A stretch of DNA of 63,208 bases, counting the filler, from Diploschistes diacapsis (taxonomy: Eukaryota): assembly GCA_023645945.1 (NCBI GenBank). It is 17 parts of 17 records of this genome, joined end to end, with 100 filler letters (N's around TTAATTAATTAA, not from the genome) between each part and the next. Parts side by side here need not be neighbours in the genome. Positions count along the whole stretch, not along the records: positions 2,404 to 27,362 come from JALAIB010000227.1; positions 27,463 to 29,763 come from JALAIB010002270.1; positions 29,864 to 32,162 come from JALAIB010002271.1; positions 32,263 to 34,557 come from JALAIB010002272.1; positions 34,658 to 36,950 come from JALAIB010002273.1; 12 more parts are not named here. One strand, written 5' to 3'. The notes below the pieces were generated by a model. The model saw only the letters and a program-made list of their open reading frames with translations. It was not told where the DNA came from and did not search any database. Both the position numbers and the translations under genes were made by a program. Of this stretch, positions 23,302 to 36,457 are shown piece after piece (positions within the stretch are counted from its first letter, which is position 1; each line of letters opens with the position of its first letter).

Positions 23302-26119
23302 ATGTCCGATAACCCCGCCTCGCCACTTCTAGGCGGCAACGACCGTGAGAACAACTCTGGGCCTGCGGCGGCCAATGGACAAAAGCCAGGAGCTACATCA
23401 TACAAGAGGCCACCGCATTTGTTGAATTACTCTGATGAGAATACGCCACTTTTGTCGAGAGAGCCGGACAGAGAAAACGGGGATGCTGGCGAAGCTGGAG
23501 GAGCCGCAACAGACTTGATATCCATACCGTCACTACACGGAGATAGTAGTAGAAAGAGGGCACGATGGCGACTTCCAACAATAATATCGATATCCGTACT
23601 CTTTCTCGTCCTCGTTGCAATCTTATTCTTTGGCTTCGCGATGCCCTCGGTTGTGGAGGAGTACGCTCAGGAGGCCGCAGTCTTCGAGCCAAAAGATCTC
23701 TCCATAGTTTCAATTACTGCCTCGGGTGTCAAAGCTAGAATTAAAGGAGACTTTGTACTAGATGGGTCAAGGGTCAATAAAAAGCCGGTACGAGATTTAG
23801 GACGGTTCGGAACCTTCATTGCTGCAGCAATTGAAGCGACACCCTCGAACGTCCACGTCTATCTCCCGGAACGGGGCGGTGCCATTCTCGGTACCGCACA
23901 GGTTCCTTCCATGGTGATCTCAATTCGGGATGGGGAAGTTAATCATCTCGACTTTGAGACGGAAGTGGCACCTGGTGAATTTGATGGTCTTCGTGAGTTA
24001 GCTAAAGACTGGGTCGATGGAAGGCTCAGTAAGCTTCGAGTTACTGGGAAGGCCGATGTAGCGCTCAAGTCGGGCATCTTTCGCTTAGGAACACGCGCTG
24101 TTTCTAGAGATCTGCTCTTCAAGGGTAGGCGTCGTCCTATAGCTACTTCTTTGCAGAAGCTAACATGGCAGCAGGCTCCAATATTCCCACAATGCCGCAG
24201 TATAACCTTACCAAGTTCAACATCCATGAGGTAAACCTTCCCGCTGGACACAACGGTATCGCCGTAGATGCCTCGGCCACCGTCTTTAACGACTACCCTC
24301 TTACTTTTAGTGTGCCTCCTATTGCCTTCGAAGTTTTGGTCCCTGGATGCATGCCGGACTCCTCAATTTCTGTAGCCGAGGCCACAACAGACAAAATCCA
24401 AGTCAATGCGAAGGAGGATATTGCAGTTACGGCCCAAGGACTAATCCGAGATCTCCCACAAAACCTTGTGGCGATTTGTCCCGATTCCATGAAATCGCCT
24501 CTAGATAACCTATTGAGCCAATACATGAACGGCGATAGGACGACTTTCTTCGTCAAGGGCGCCGAGAAGCCACTCAGTGATACTCCGACATGGATTACTG
24601 AACTCATGAGGGAGGTGACTGTCCCACTTTCGATAACGGGCCATTCTTTTAAGAATCTTATCAGAAATTTCACGATGAATGATGTTCATTTCAGTCTTCC
24701 GAACCCTATAGCCGATCCAAATACTCCTGAGGCCCAGCCGAGGATATCTGCTGCGGTCAAGGTCGTTGTGAACCTACCCGAAGAAATGAACTTTCCAGTC
24801 GATGTGCCTCATGTCAGGGCGACTGCCGATGTCTTCTTTCATAACGAGAAACTTGGTGAACTTAATCTTCACAAGTGGCAGAATTCAACCTCGCACCGGA
24901 TTGAGCCTCACGGAAGTTCTCCGCCGGGCATTGTCATCCATACGGATATAGAGAATGCACCCTTGAATATCACAGACTCAACAGTGTTTCAGAAAGTTGT
25001 TTACGCGATGCTGTTTGGTAAGGAGGAGGTGATGCTGGGTGTTCAAGCCAGGGTGGATATCGAAACCTCAAGTGCCTTCGGCAATCTAGTTGTCCGAGAC
25101 ATACCTGCGAAGGGCAAGGTGCCTATCAAGCGTTAGTCTTTTTCGTGGACATCCCGCATCCACTGCTGATGGGCTCCTCAGCTCTATCGGGGCACGGCAT
25201 AAAAAGCTTTGCTCCCAAGATTGGGTCGTTGAGACTTTTGGACACGACACCATCTTCCGTCCTCCTGGCGGTTCTCGTCAACATCACAAATCCTACAAGC
25301 TACTCGGCCACGGTTCCATTCGTTGATATTCAAATATATATCGATGGCACACTAGTCGGTAATGCCACAACTGAGTCAGTCAGCGTTGGCCCTGGCATCA
25401 ATGAAAATATCCCCGTACAAGCGAAATGGGACCCAGCAGGCCTGGGCGGCGAAAAGGGAAAAGCTGTAGGCCGAGACCTGGTATCACGCTACATTTCTGG
25501 TATGCGGCTTATTCTGCTATCTAAGCTTTCGACTGACTCGCTCAGGTTACAACACCACGCTCACTTTACGCACGCATAACGACTCTATCCCCTCCCTCCC
25601 CGTCCTCGGGCACGCACTTTCGAACTTCTCCGTGGACATACCGACACCCAGACTCAAGACACCCCCAAATCCGGGCCATCCCGATGATGACCTCGATGAT
25701 GACCATCCTCACTTTATCGACGACGCTACGGTCAGTCACGATCTTTTCAAGATCTACCCGCGCTAATCAAATGTTAGATGCACCTTATCTCCTCTACCGC
25801 TACCTTTACACTCCTCTCACCTTTACAACATGAAATAGTGTATGTTACCTCTATAGATGCAACAGCATTGTATAATCATACGGAACCTGTGGGCAAAATC
25901 CTATACGACATGCCCATCGCAGTGCCACCTGGTGCTACCACTACACCTAGGCTGCCGGTAGACTGGAGTTTAGGAAGCGTGGGTTATGATGCGATCAAGC
26001 AGGCGCTTGGTGGAACCTTGAAATTGGATGCTAGAGCAACTGTTGGTGTTAGGATTGGTCGATGGGAGCAAGAACTGTGGTTCATTGGTCACGGCATTGG
26101 GGCTCATGTAAAGATATAG
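23302..26119 (+). CDS. Single-pass membrane protein, DUF3712/Tag1-like; introns 24125-24174, 25132-25181, 25500-25545, 25731-25777
   Basis: ENTPLL dileucine-like motif, one TM (IISISVLFLVLVAILFFGFA), repeated beta-rich NPT/N-glycosylation segments; introns restore the frame. Family from memory. Confidence 0.7.
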
Positions 26120-26418
26120 CTTGTTACAGAAAGGAAATGGGTTATAAGGCGTTTTTTCAGCTGGGTGTTGATGGACAGCATACGATATACCATTCACAGC
26201 ATCAATGACACGAATACAAGACCTGATAAAGGAAAAGCAAATTCGATTTCAGCGGCGGCTCTTACGTTCAAAGCATTGCGAAGGTCGCCCTTTCGCTTGC
26301 TCTGCCGAGAAGTACGTAGGATTTAAAACCTAAATCGACTTCTATCCAGCAAGATATACACCATGGAGAAGGCCTCCAGCATCAAATGTCCCTCCCGAAA
26401 AGAATCCCAGCGATCACT

Positions 26419-27362
26419 TCAACCAGGCGGAAGTGCGGTAGCATCAACGACGTTCTCGACGTCCTTCTCAAGCTCTTCACCGGGCGAGGACAAGGGAGTT
26501 CTCGGAAGCGCCGTGAGACCTGTGCGCGACGACTCGAGGACACCAAAGGGAGTTATGAGTGCCATGAAGGAATCGATTCGAGCTGGTTTCGCGGACCTGG
26601 AGCACACCGCATCAGCACTCACATTGTAAACACCAGCTTGCTCTGCACTTACAGCTCCACAATACAGTTGTTAGTACTAATATCCAGCACCTTTCCCCCA
26701 AACTGATGCGTCATGCGCGTGATATGGTGCAAATGCTCATGCTTATGCCTCAGCGCCTGGCTGGCCGCCAACTGCCTCGGATGAAAGCTCCCGCTCCTTT
26801 CAGCAACCATTTGCTCCATCTGCTCCTCCAAGCTGCCGACCCGTTGCTGCTGCTGCTGCCGACCCTCGCCCTCGCCCTCTCCCATCTCCATCCCCGCCTC
26901 CGCCTCTCCCCCCGCCTCTCCCGCGTACTGCCCATGCCCTTGTTCGCTCTCCGCAGCCGTCATCTCCCGATGATGCGCCAGCAGCTCCTCGAAAAACTCC
27001 GGGCCCAGGATGCTCACCTTGGCGAGCAGCAGCTCGCGCTGCACGAGCGGCGCGTCCGTGTAGTCTAGCACAGCCCAAACGGGCACCAGATCCTCCAACT
27101 GGCGCCGCGCCTGCTCCACGACGCCGTCCTGGCCCGTCAGCACAATAGTCATGCGCGACAGGTCCTCGACTTCCGTGTTGCAGACAACCAGGCTGTCGAT
27201 GTTGAAGCCGCGTGCGGCTAGGATGCCGGATACGCGCGACAGCACACCGGGCTCGTTCTGTACGAGGCAGTTGAGGATGTGGCGCTTCGGTGGCGTGGAG
27301 GAGGGGAGCGGCGTTTCGTAGAGGATGGAGGATACGGCGGCGGGCGCGGACCAGGAGGGGGC
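26419..27362 (-). CDS. ILV6: Acetolactate synthase regulatory subunit, 5' end truncated; intron 26597-26652
   Basis: LNCLVQNEPGVLSRVSGILAARGFNIDSLVV, EQARRQLEDLVPVWAVLDY, RELLLAKVS, C-terminal LPPG. Confidence 0.95.
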
Positions 27363-27462
27363 NNNNNNNNNNNNNNNNNNNNNNNNNNNNNNNNNNNNNN
27401 NNNNNNTTAATTAATTAANNNNNNNNNNNNNNNNNNNNNNNNNNNNNNNNNNNNNNNNNNNN

Positions 27463-29530
27463 AAGTTATAGAACTCGAAAATTAAGGAAAAAAACGAAGT
27501 ATTATTATGGTTCAACGGGGGTTAGTTATATACGTAATAAATTATAATCGAGAATAAACCGTTTTATTAAATTATTATTATTATCTAATTCGGTTCCGTT
27601 CGTTCGACTTTTTACGTCTTTAATGTTATTTTTTTATTAATAATCACCGCGACGCGCGCGCGGGTATCCCCCGTTATCATAACGGTATACCATTTTTTTA
27701 ATCGATATATATCGTTCTAATATAAATTCCGTTACGATTTTTAAATAATTACAATATCGTAACCTTTCGTCTTTTCGTTTATAAAAAAGGATATTATTAT
27801 TTTATTTTTATTTTTCTATACGTTGTATTAATAGATAATGATGCTTAATATAGATTAATTACTAAAGTTATACTGTTCCCGTTATTCCTTTTTATCTCGC
27901 GTAAATCTTCTAAGTCGCCAACTTAGAAGGACCGGATATCGACCGAATCTTTTACGAATTTCTATAATTATTTCATTATAGATTAATTTTCTCGACGGTA
28001 AACTATTATCGTTATATAATCGGCGCGCGTTCGTTTTTTTTTCGGACCCGTGTTTTTCGTTCTTTTTATATTTTTATCGTTATAATTCCCTATAATAATC
28101 TTTTTTATTATTTTATTGGATTCCGGTTCGATACGCGTCAGATCCGTTAATATTACGGTTCTGGACAGGCTTCCGATTAGGTCCCGGAAGTCGTCCGGGG
28201 ATAAGAAATAAAACGAATTCGATAGAATGATTAAAGCTATAGAAGAAGTCGAGGAAGGGAAGGAATGCGAAAAATAAACGTAGGAATGCGATCTTTTCTC
28301 GTATCTTATATTAACCGTCGGGAAATGCGTCTCGGTTCATTCTTAAAATATTCTCGATTTTATATTATATTCTTTATAAACGCGGTTCGCTGCCGTTTGG
28401 CCTACGAGGCATTATCTTAACCATAACGGGTGATCTTTATAATTATAATTTACGTATTTATAACTTTAAGATTACTCTTTCGTCGGATAAACGTTCGTCT
28501 CGTAAATCATACCCGCGTAAAACCCGTAATACTTCGATCGTCCGTAACGGGCTATTATATATTTAAAATTATAGTAATTAAAACATTACGTAATACGATA
28601 ATTTCCGTAAAATGATTCGTAATTATAGATTTTATTATTTTAAAGAAAACTTTCCGTTATTAATTTATTAATTATTTCCGGCGTTCCGATTACGACGAAT
28701 AATAAATTTATTTTTTTTTCGTTTATTAGGATTCGCTTTTTTTATATTGGTCGGCGTATTATATTTTTTAAATTCGGGTTTATTTTATTAATAACGTATA
28801 CCGCCGCGTTTTATTCCGTAATGTTTACGGAATTTATTCGTATTCTATATATCATTATTATAAATTTTTTTCGTATTACTTTCGTCTCTCGTTCGAATAT
28901 CGTTATCCATTCTTTTATTTTTTTAACTTCGTTTTTTACTTCTTTTTAATCTATTACGAATCTTACGTCCCCGTTAAAAAACCGTCGGGCTATAATAATA
29001 TTCTTTATTCCAACTTTTTTCGCGTCCGTTATTAACTCGGGCCCATTCCGTTACTTTTTCGTTTATATCTTATTTCTTAATTGAATTATAACTTTTTTAA
29101 TCGTTCTTTTTAATACTTCTATTACCTTATTTTTTTTTTCGAGGATGGAATCTATTACTTAGGCCCAACTCTTGTTTTCGGTGTTATTACGGTTACTTTT
29201 CTATTTTTTTATAATTCCCTATATCGCTTTTATATCTTCTTTAATCATATTTAATCTTTCTTTTAATTTTAACGCGTTTTTTTTACGATTAAATTCTAAC
29301 GCGCCGGCGTCGTTTCCGCGTATTATTTCCGTTATTATAATCTAAAATTATATTAATCTTTTATTTTATTCTATTTTCACGTATGTTCCGATTATTTATA
29401 TTACATCTTTTAATCTATCTTTCGCGTTCGAGTTCTTCGTCGGCCCGCATGCGCGATTTTATTAAAAATAAGACGCGTCACGACGCGACTCTCTTCCTCC
29501 TCGTTGCGTCGTTGCCATCTCTCCGTTGTT
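27463..29530 (-). mobile_element. Non-LTR retrotransposon (Tad-like LINE): ORF1 and start of ORF2 AP-endonuclease, RIP-mutated
   Basis: Minus strand near 27830-27730 reads *YNV*K and YDIVII*KS*RN, which revert to QYNVWK and YDIVAIQEPWRN; second copy at 46614-48015. Confidence 0.75.
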
Positions 29531-29863
29531 GTCCTAGGGGCAATTAGTAATATTATCGAACGCTTAACGGTATATCCGGATATGCTGATTTTCTAATGAC
29601 GATATTGAAAGGTCAAATGAATAAGATATAAGAATAACGTTTATCGACAATGGCTTCCGTTAATATATATATATAAAAATTAATGTTACAAAATAAGTAT
29701 CTCGCGCATAAAGATTAAGACGAAATCGATTAATTAAACGTTTGTTTTTTATAGATATAATACNNNNNNNNNNNNNNNNNNNNNNNNNNNNNNNNNNNNN
29801 NNNNNNNTTAATTAATTAANNNNNNNNNNNNNNNNNNNNNNNNNNNNNNNNNNNNNNNNNNNN

Positions 29864-32011
29864 ATGCTAAAGGGAGCGAAACAAAAATACGTTTTTTAAA
29901 ATTATATAACGATGATTTAATATTATATTAGAAATATAATCATAACTGAACTTAAACTGAACGATTCAGTTATAATATTTAAAAAACATTAAACAAAAAA
30001 AAAGCCGTTAATAAACCACTTCCGCGTCTAAAAATCAAGATACTACAACTACGTAAATCTAAAATTATTATTTAAACGGTAAAATAAGCTAATAGATAGA
30101 ACAAGACTTTATATATTAATTAAATATATCGACATCGATAAGTAATATAAGATCTAAATACTAGATCTTTAAAAATTCATTAAAACGAGCTCGGTCAGAT
30201 TTAAAAAAAATAAAACATTTATTTTTTAAGAACTGAAACTTCCCGAAAGCTATAAGGAAAACGATAACGTAATACTTATCCGAAAGCCAGTAAAACGACC
30301 AGCCGTTAACCCAATATATAATATCGAGGGAATAAATATTTCGTTAATAATAAACGACAATAACACGTTAATCACGGACGACAACAAGGCATTAATAATA
30401 TAAAAACAGGGAATTCAGAACGAATATATTAAACTATTTAAACTAACGGTAGATTATAGCATCTTAAAGGCCTATATTTTAAAAGATTAGATAAAAGATA
30501 TTAAACTATTTAAATCGGTTGCAGATCACAGTACCCTAAGGGCCGATACTCCAGTCAAGAAGTTCTTACGAATAAAATTTTTAGAGAAAAATACTGAACC
30601 TGAACTCGAACCTGAACCCGAATTCCACCTTAAACCTAAATCAACTAAAATAAACGTGAATAATGCATCAATAATAATAACTACGTATCAGAATAAAAAG
30701 CTATTTAATACGACCCCTATTACTAATAAACGAGAACGGGACAATAAAGAATACTCGTCGATTAAAACCTTAAAAAGCCATGTCGCGCTAATCGCCAGCG
30801 AGCAGGAAATAATCAGCGACGTTAAATCAAAATTATCTCGAATCAGCATTCTAAAGAACTATAAAGAGGCCATCAATAACTCAATCTTTAAAAAAGAATA
30901 AAAGGAAACAATAAGAAAAGAAATCGATTCTTTATTCTTAAATTAGACCTAGACTGAACTACTTGAACCAAAGAATACCAACATAATAAACTCAAAATAA
31001 ATATTCGACGTGAAATACAATCTTAATAGCGACATTAAGAGGTTCAAGACTAAATTAATCGCAAAAAGGTTCTCGCAATAGAAAAGAATCAATTTTGACG
31101 AGACATTTATTTTTATTATTCGAGCGAACTCTCTACGCATCTTACTAACGATCATCGCAACAAAAGATTTAGAATGTCATCAAATAGACGTTAATAATAC
31201 ATTTACGGAAACGTCGTTGACGCATTAGATCTATATAGCGCCACTTAAAGGATATAACGTCCCTAGGAATACTATCTTAAAGATCAATAAAAGCTTATAC
31301 GGATTAAAATAAGCAGCAAAGAACTGGCATAAAGAATACGGCAATATAATCCTAAACCTAAGATTTAAAAGATGCGACGCCGACCCTTATATTTTCACCC
31401 TATAAAATCAAAAGCTATTAATTAACTTATACGTCGACGACATCATCGTAACAGCACTTAAATTACGAGACGTGAACTGGTTTAAAAAAACCCTCGCTGA
31501 ACGTTACAAGATTAAAAATCTAAAAAAGATTAAAAAGATCCTAAAAATAAGAGTTCAGCGACAACGCTAAGGAATAATTCAGCTGAACTTTAATCAAGAA
31601 GCTTACGCTAAAAAGATGCTCGATCGGTTCAAGATGGCAACGAACACGCATAAAAATCAAAAAATCCCACTTAATAAATATAGCGGTATTAAATAAAACG
31701 ACTCGCCTAAATTAACGGACAGGATTCAGTATCAAGAAATAGTTAATAATATTATATATATAATAGTCTATATTAAACAAAACATTGCCTTCGCAATTAA
31801 AAAACTTAATTAATATATAAGTAATCCCCATCTCCATTATTTATATATATTTAAAAGACTACTCCGTTATATTCGAAAAATTAAAGATACGAAAATTCAA
31901 TTCTTAATTAAATCTGAATCTAAATTTTTGAAGTTACGAAAATATTCTAATATAAATTACAAAAAAGATAAAATAAACCGAAAGTTTACGCATAGACATA
32001 TCTTTTAGTTA
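29864..32011 (+). mobile_element. Ty1/copia pol remnant (RT and start of RNase H), RIP-mutated
   Basis: RFKTKLIAKRFSQ, ECHQIDVNNTF, KINKSLYGLK*AAKNW, LYVDDII. Confidence 0.9.
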
Positions 32012-32162
32012 TGTTTGGCAACGTAATGGATATATTGAAGTCTAGAGGTCTTATCTAGGAGGTTATCCTACTTTGCAGACTTTTATCCTGTGGGATACAT
32101 TAAGCCCTACTGTCTACACTATTCCTTATTCGGTCTAGTTGGAATTCTAGGAAGTTTAGCTG
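32012..32162 (-). mobile_element. Copia LTR (partial) inserted antisense into copia RNase H
   Basis: Near-identical to 50672-50822 (tgtttggcaacgtaatggatatattgaagtctagagg). Confidence 0.85.
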
Positions 32163-32262
32163 NNNNNNNNNNNNNNNNNNNNNNNNNNNNNNNNNNNNNN
32201 NNNNNNTTAATTAATTAANNNNNNNNNNNNNNNNNNNNNNNNNNNNNNNNNNNNNNNNNNNN

Positions 32263-33363
32263 GCTCGACAATCATCCCCTCCGCCCTCCCCACCAGCTCC
32301 CTGACGCTCCTCCGACAATGCTCAAAGCTGCCAACGCGCTCCATATACTCGACCGCATACCGCTTGACCTCCGGGTCTGTCGGCTTCTGCTTCAGGATAT
32401 TAAGTAGCTGCCGATTGCCCACGTCCGCGCGGACGGCGTGAATGATGGGAAAGGAAAATTTGCCCTCGGTCAAGTCCTCGCAGAGGCCCTTGTTGTCCGC
32501 GTACGTCGCGGACCAGAGATTGAGGTAGTCGTCTCTGATCTGATACGTTATCCCTAGCAGGTTAACGAGGGGCACGAAGTCCTTAGTTGTGCTGGATTCC
32601 GCCTGCATCAGCTTGACGGCGAGCCGGAAGAGGCCGCCGGTTTTGTTGCCAACCATTTCGAGGTAGTCTTCTTCCGAGGGGCAGGTCAGGGTGTCGCGCC
32701 AGTAGAGGTCCATGCCCTGCCCGCGGTGCAGGTTGCAGAGCTCTTCGCTGTAGATTTGCACGAATTTAGGGTTGTTGAGCTTCTGGAGCTCCTGCAGGGC
32801 GAGGAAGTAGACGTAGTTTGCGCTGTTGAGGGTTTGGGCGTTGCCGAATATGTGGTGGGCAACGGGAATGCCGCGGCGGAGGGAGGAGGAGTCCTCGATG
32901 TCGTCGATTCTGAGGTGGGGGATGAGTGTTAGAGAAAGGGACTGTAAGGGATTGTTGAAAGGTATTCGGGGGCTTACAGGAGAGAGGCAGTGTGCAGCAT
33001 GCCAATGACTTTGTTTATGATGGCCAGTTTCTCTGGGGGAACTTTGAGCCAGTCGTTGAAGGCGGCTATCATTTGGCTGCGTATATCTTTTCCCGGCTTG
33101 TCCATGAGGTAGTCATAGGGTCCGAGGATTATCTTTTCCTTTTCCCTCGTCCATGTACTGCCATCCCCACGGACATAGTCCTCTGGAATGGATTTGAGCG
33201 ACTCCGAGTTCGACGGCATTCTCTTGTGTGAGGAAGATATCCAGTTGCTCTCTGACAACGGCCGAAGAACTGGCTTGGCTGGCTGGACAAAGGTTCGGTT
33301 CAAACCAGTGGAGCTTGTTCGAGGGGGGATTGCATTTGGCGATTTAAACTCTTCGCTCACCAT
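32263..33363 (-). CDS. Geranylgeranyl diphosphate synthase (BTS1/al-3 type), 3' truncated; intron 32910-32977
   Basis: [52 protein letters not shown]. Confidence 0.95.
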
Positions 33364-34011
33364 GGTGAGTGAAGGAAGATGTCATGCAAGGCTGCCTCGG
33401 GGGGTTTCAGCAAGGGGCAGCAGCAGCAGCAGGCGGTACACGCCCCAGGAAGCTGCAAACTGCCTGAGGTAAGGCAATGACGCAAAGAAAGGAATGTCTC
33501 AACCGAGACGCACACCATCTACAATGTTCACGGCTCAAGAGCGATTCATCACAAGACTGCTGATGTGAAGATCTCCTTGCATAGTATCAGGCTTTGTGCG
33601 AGGCATCTTTGCAACACTAAGCGACGAGTATTTTGAGACGAAGCTGAGACGAAGCTGAGACGTCATGCCCGTGCATCTGAAAAGGGAAGCATCTTCTGCC
33701 ACCACGCTGGAAGAACAGTTGGTGTATTTATCAGATGTTTTTACAAAGTTTTACTAGCTTACAATCATGTAGAATTGCTTGTATCTTCACATGATGTATG
33801 ATGTACAGTGCCGTGCTTTGGTTCCACAGCCTAACAAGACTGTTAACCGAAGGAGCAATATCAATAAATATCAATAATATCAATATCACTAGTGTCTATC
33901 TGTACTAGCCTCACCTCACTAGTAGCGTCATAGCAACCGAAGCGAGAACAACCAAATCTTTGGAAGTCGGGAATCATCGCTCTAGGCATCCTGCAGTATC
34001 TCGAGCACGGA

Positions 34012-34533
34012 ATGGAGTCGTTACTATCTCACTCCTTCGACTACCTCTCCTCCAATGACTCAACCAAGATCCGCAAAGGCCTCAGGCAGCTCGAGGGCCT
34101 TCTTGCGCAAATATGTCTGTCACAAAGCGGCCTCACATCGTCGCCGGACAAGAGACGATCGATAGCAACAACACAGCCAAAGGACAGTGCGCCGAAAGAG
34201 CTCGCGGCTCTCGTAAACGATCCTGCCTTTAGAGAATTCTTCAAGCTCCAAGAGGGTTTCCAATGGAACGGCATGCGCTTCTCGATTCAAGAAAGCGCTC
34301 ACAGACTAACTGGCCCACAGTTGCGCTACGACTCATTGGCTGCCTCGAGCGATTACTAGGCAAAGGAAGCAGTAAGATACATCCATCCATTCATCCACAG
34401 CCAGAATCCAGCTTATCCAAAAAACAGATGGTCAAAACGACCTCCTCATCGTCGCAACCCTCAACCTCCTGCACGGAATCCTCCTAATGCACCCGCCCTC
34501 CCGCTCCCTCTTCGCCCGCGAAATCTACATGAA
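34012..34533 (+). CDS. Cdc14 SIN-component protein (S. pombe cdc14 type, not the phosphatase), 3' truncated; GC-AG intron 34271-34320 and GT-AG intron ~34372-34427
   Basis: KIRKGLRQLEGLLAQIC, DPAFREFFKLQEGFQWN-VALRL, GILLMHPPSRSLF. Confidence 0.8.
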
Positions 34534-34657
34534 TGTAAGCTCCCCACCGTCCCGATCNNNNNNNNNNNNNNNNNNNNNNNNNNNNNNNNNNNNNNNNNNN
34601 NTTAATTAATTAANNNNNNNNNNNNNNNNNNNNNNNNNNNNNNNNNNNNNNNNNNNN

Positions 34658-35359
34658 ATATCTTTTATAACGAGAAGAGATAGACGGTATGATAACATAA
34701 CGGTAAAAAACTAAACAGTAAAAGTAAAAAAAGTTAACGGTTTTATTTATTCGAAAAATTCGATTAGCGAGTTTATAATTACGAGAAATTAAAGAAGATA
34801 TCGTTGTCCCACGACTTAAGATTATTTTTTATTTAATACTTTATATTTATTTTTCGGAACTTATCGGGCCGATAAGGTTAAAGGAGAGAAATAGAGTTAT
34901 AATTTAAAGTGACTAGGCGGTTATTTAGCATTTCACAGCTAGTCGGGCACTTCTTAATCATTTTTTATATATAGTTAATCACGGACGCTAAATTACGTAA
35001 CTGATAGATTTTTAATGACAGATATTTATTAAAGATAGATCTGCCTGAGCAATTACTTGTTAATAATAGTTTTATCGCAGCAGCTCTACTGTCGGCAATC
35101 AACTATCGTCCTAAATTATATAAGAATACCGCTATAACTTTTTCGAGTCGGGACGTGTTTATTTTTATAAACATCTTTAACGATTGTTCGAGATTAATTT
35201 ATATTCGTTATTCTTTATTAACGGATAATAATCTTTTTATAGATCAGTACAGATCTATAACTGATTTATTTCTTCTTTTACCACATTCCTCTTCTAATAG
35301 AGACCAAATCACCTTGATCAATACCTCGTGTCTACATTGTAGAGATAGAGATCATAACA
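34658..35359 (+). mobile_element. Gypsy 3' region, polypurine tract and 3' LTR (~34895-35359)
   Basis: Homologous to 45240-45877; purine tract aaaggagagaaatag; ends GAGATCATAACA. Confidence 0.8.
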
Positions 35360-36457
35360 CTATTGACTACGAAATCACACTACATTCCCCTACTACACCA
35401 CCTACGACTATCTACCTACTACAGCAAAAGAAGTCTCCCTAGACAGCGCGCCTTATGTTTATAATGAAAGCCAACCTAAGGACTTCTCTAAGGACCCTTC
35501 CACATCTTACGAAAGATAAGGAGAAGGTTACGATCTAAAAGTTCTAGATATAACAAAAAGACATTATTTACAAAAATATAAAAAAAGAAATGAAAAAAGC
35601 ATCTAATAATCCCTAAACAACCTACCAGCATTAGAAGGATGAAAAAACAAAATTTAATTAAGATACATTTAGAAAGTTAAGTTACGAATAGATGAAATAT
35701 TAAAAAAGAATTAGAAATTAAAGATTAGCGATATTAGAAACGATAAATATTATTAATTCGAATTACTCGATAATGGATGAAAATTAAATAGATTAACCAA
35801 AATTACGCGAATACGAACACGAGAAAAAAAGATCGAATACGAATAAATAGATTAAATAAGATTATACGAATACGAACGTTAAAAAAAAGAATCGAATACG
35901 AGATTAAATACGAATTTTAAAAAGAACAACAAAAAACAAATAAACAAAAGAACCAATATTATCGAAACGAGAGAACCAAAAAACAAAAAAAAGAAAAAAA
36001 GATCAACAAAAGAATAAAACGGATATTAAGAATAAAGAAAAAAAGTTCGGTACATTATCAAAGCCCTAAGCTTTACAGCAAAAAAAACAAGAAAAAATAT
36101 GGTATTATAATTCTAAAAAAGAATCAAAAGAGTATAAAAAAACGGTGGAACAACATAAAGAGTTAAGCAAGGAATATCGTTCTTCTTCTTCTTTTAATTA
36201 TTTATAAACCAACCCGGAAAACTATTCACGAACTATCGCGTCTCTCTTTCTTTCGTAATTAACTTATAATTCCTTTCACGTACTAACATTATTAAGGAAC
36301 CCCAGAGACCACTATTTAAACAATATAAAGACGATATATCGTGATCCTAGACCTAAGATCCTATTAAAAACAAACAATCAACCCGATATCATACCCTCGA
36401 AAAAAAGCGAGCAATCAAGAATGTTTACTTAAAAAGAACCGCTGCCACCGAATAGAC

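Noticed and set aside
21739..27362. ARG3 and ILV6 as an amino-acid biosynthesis cluster
   Set aside because: Different pathways, separated by an unrelated gene; no evidence beyond proximity.
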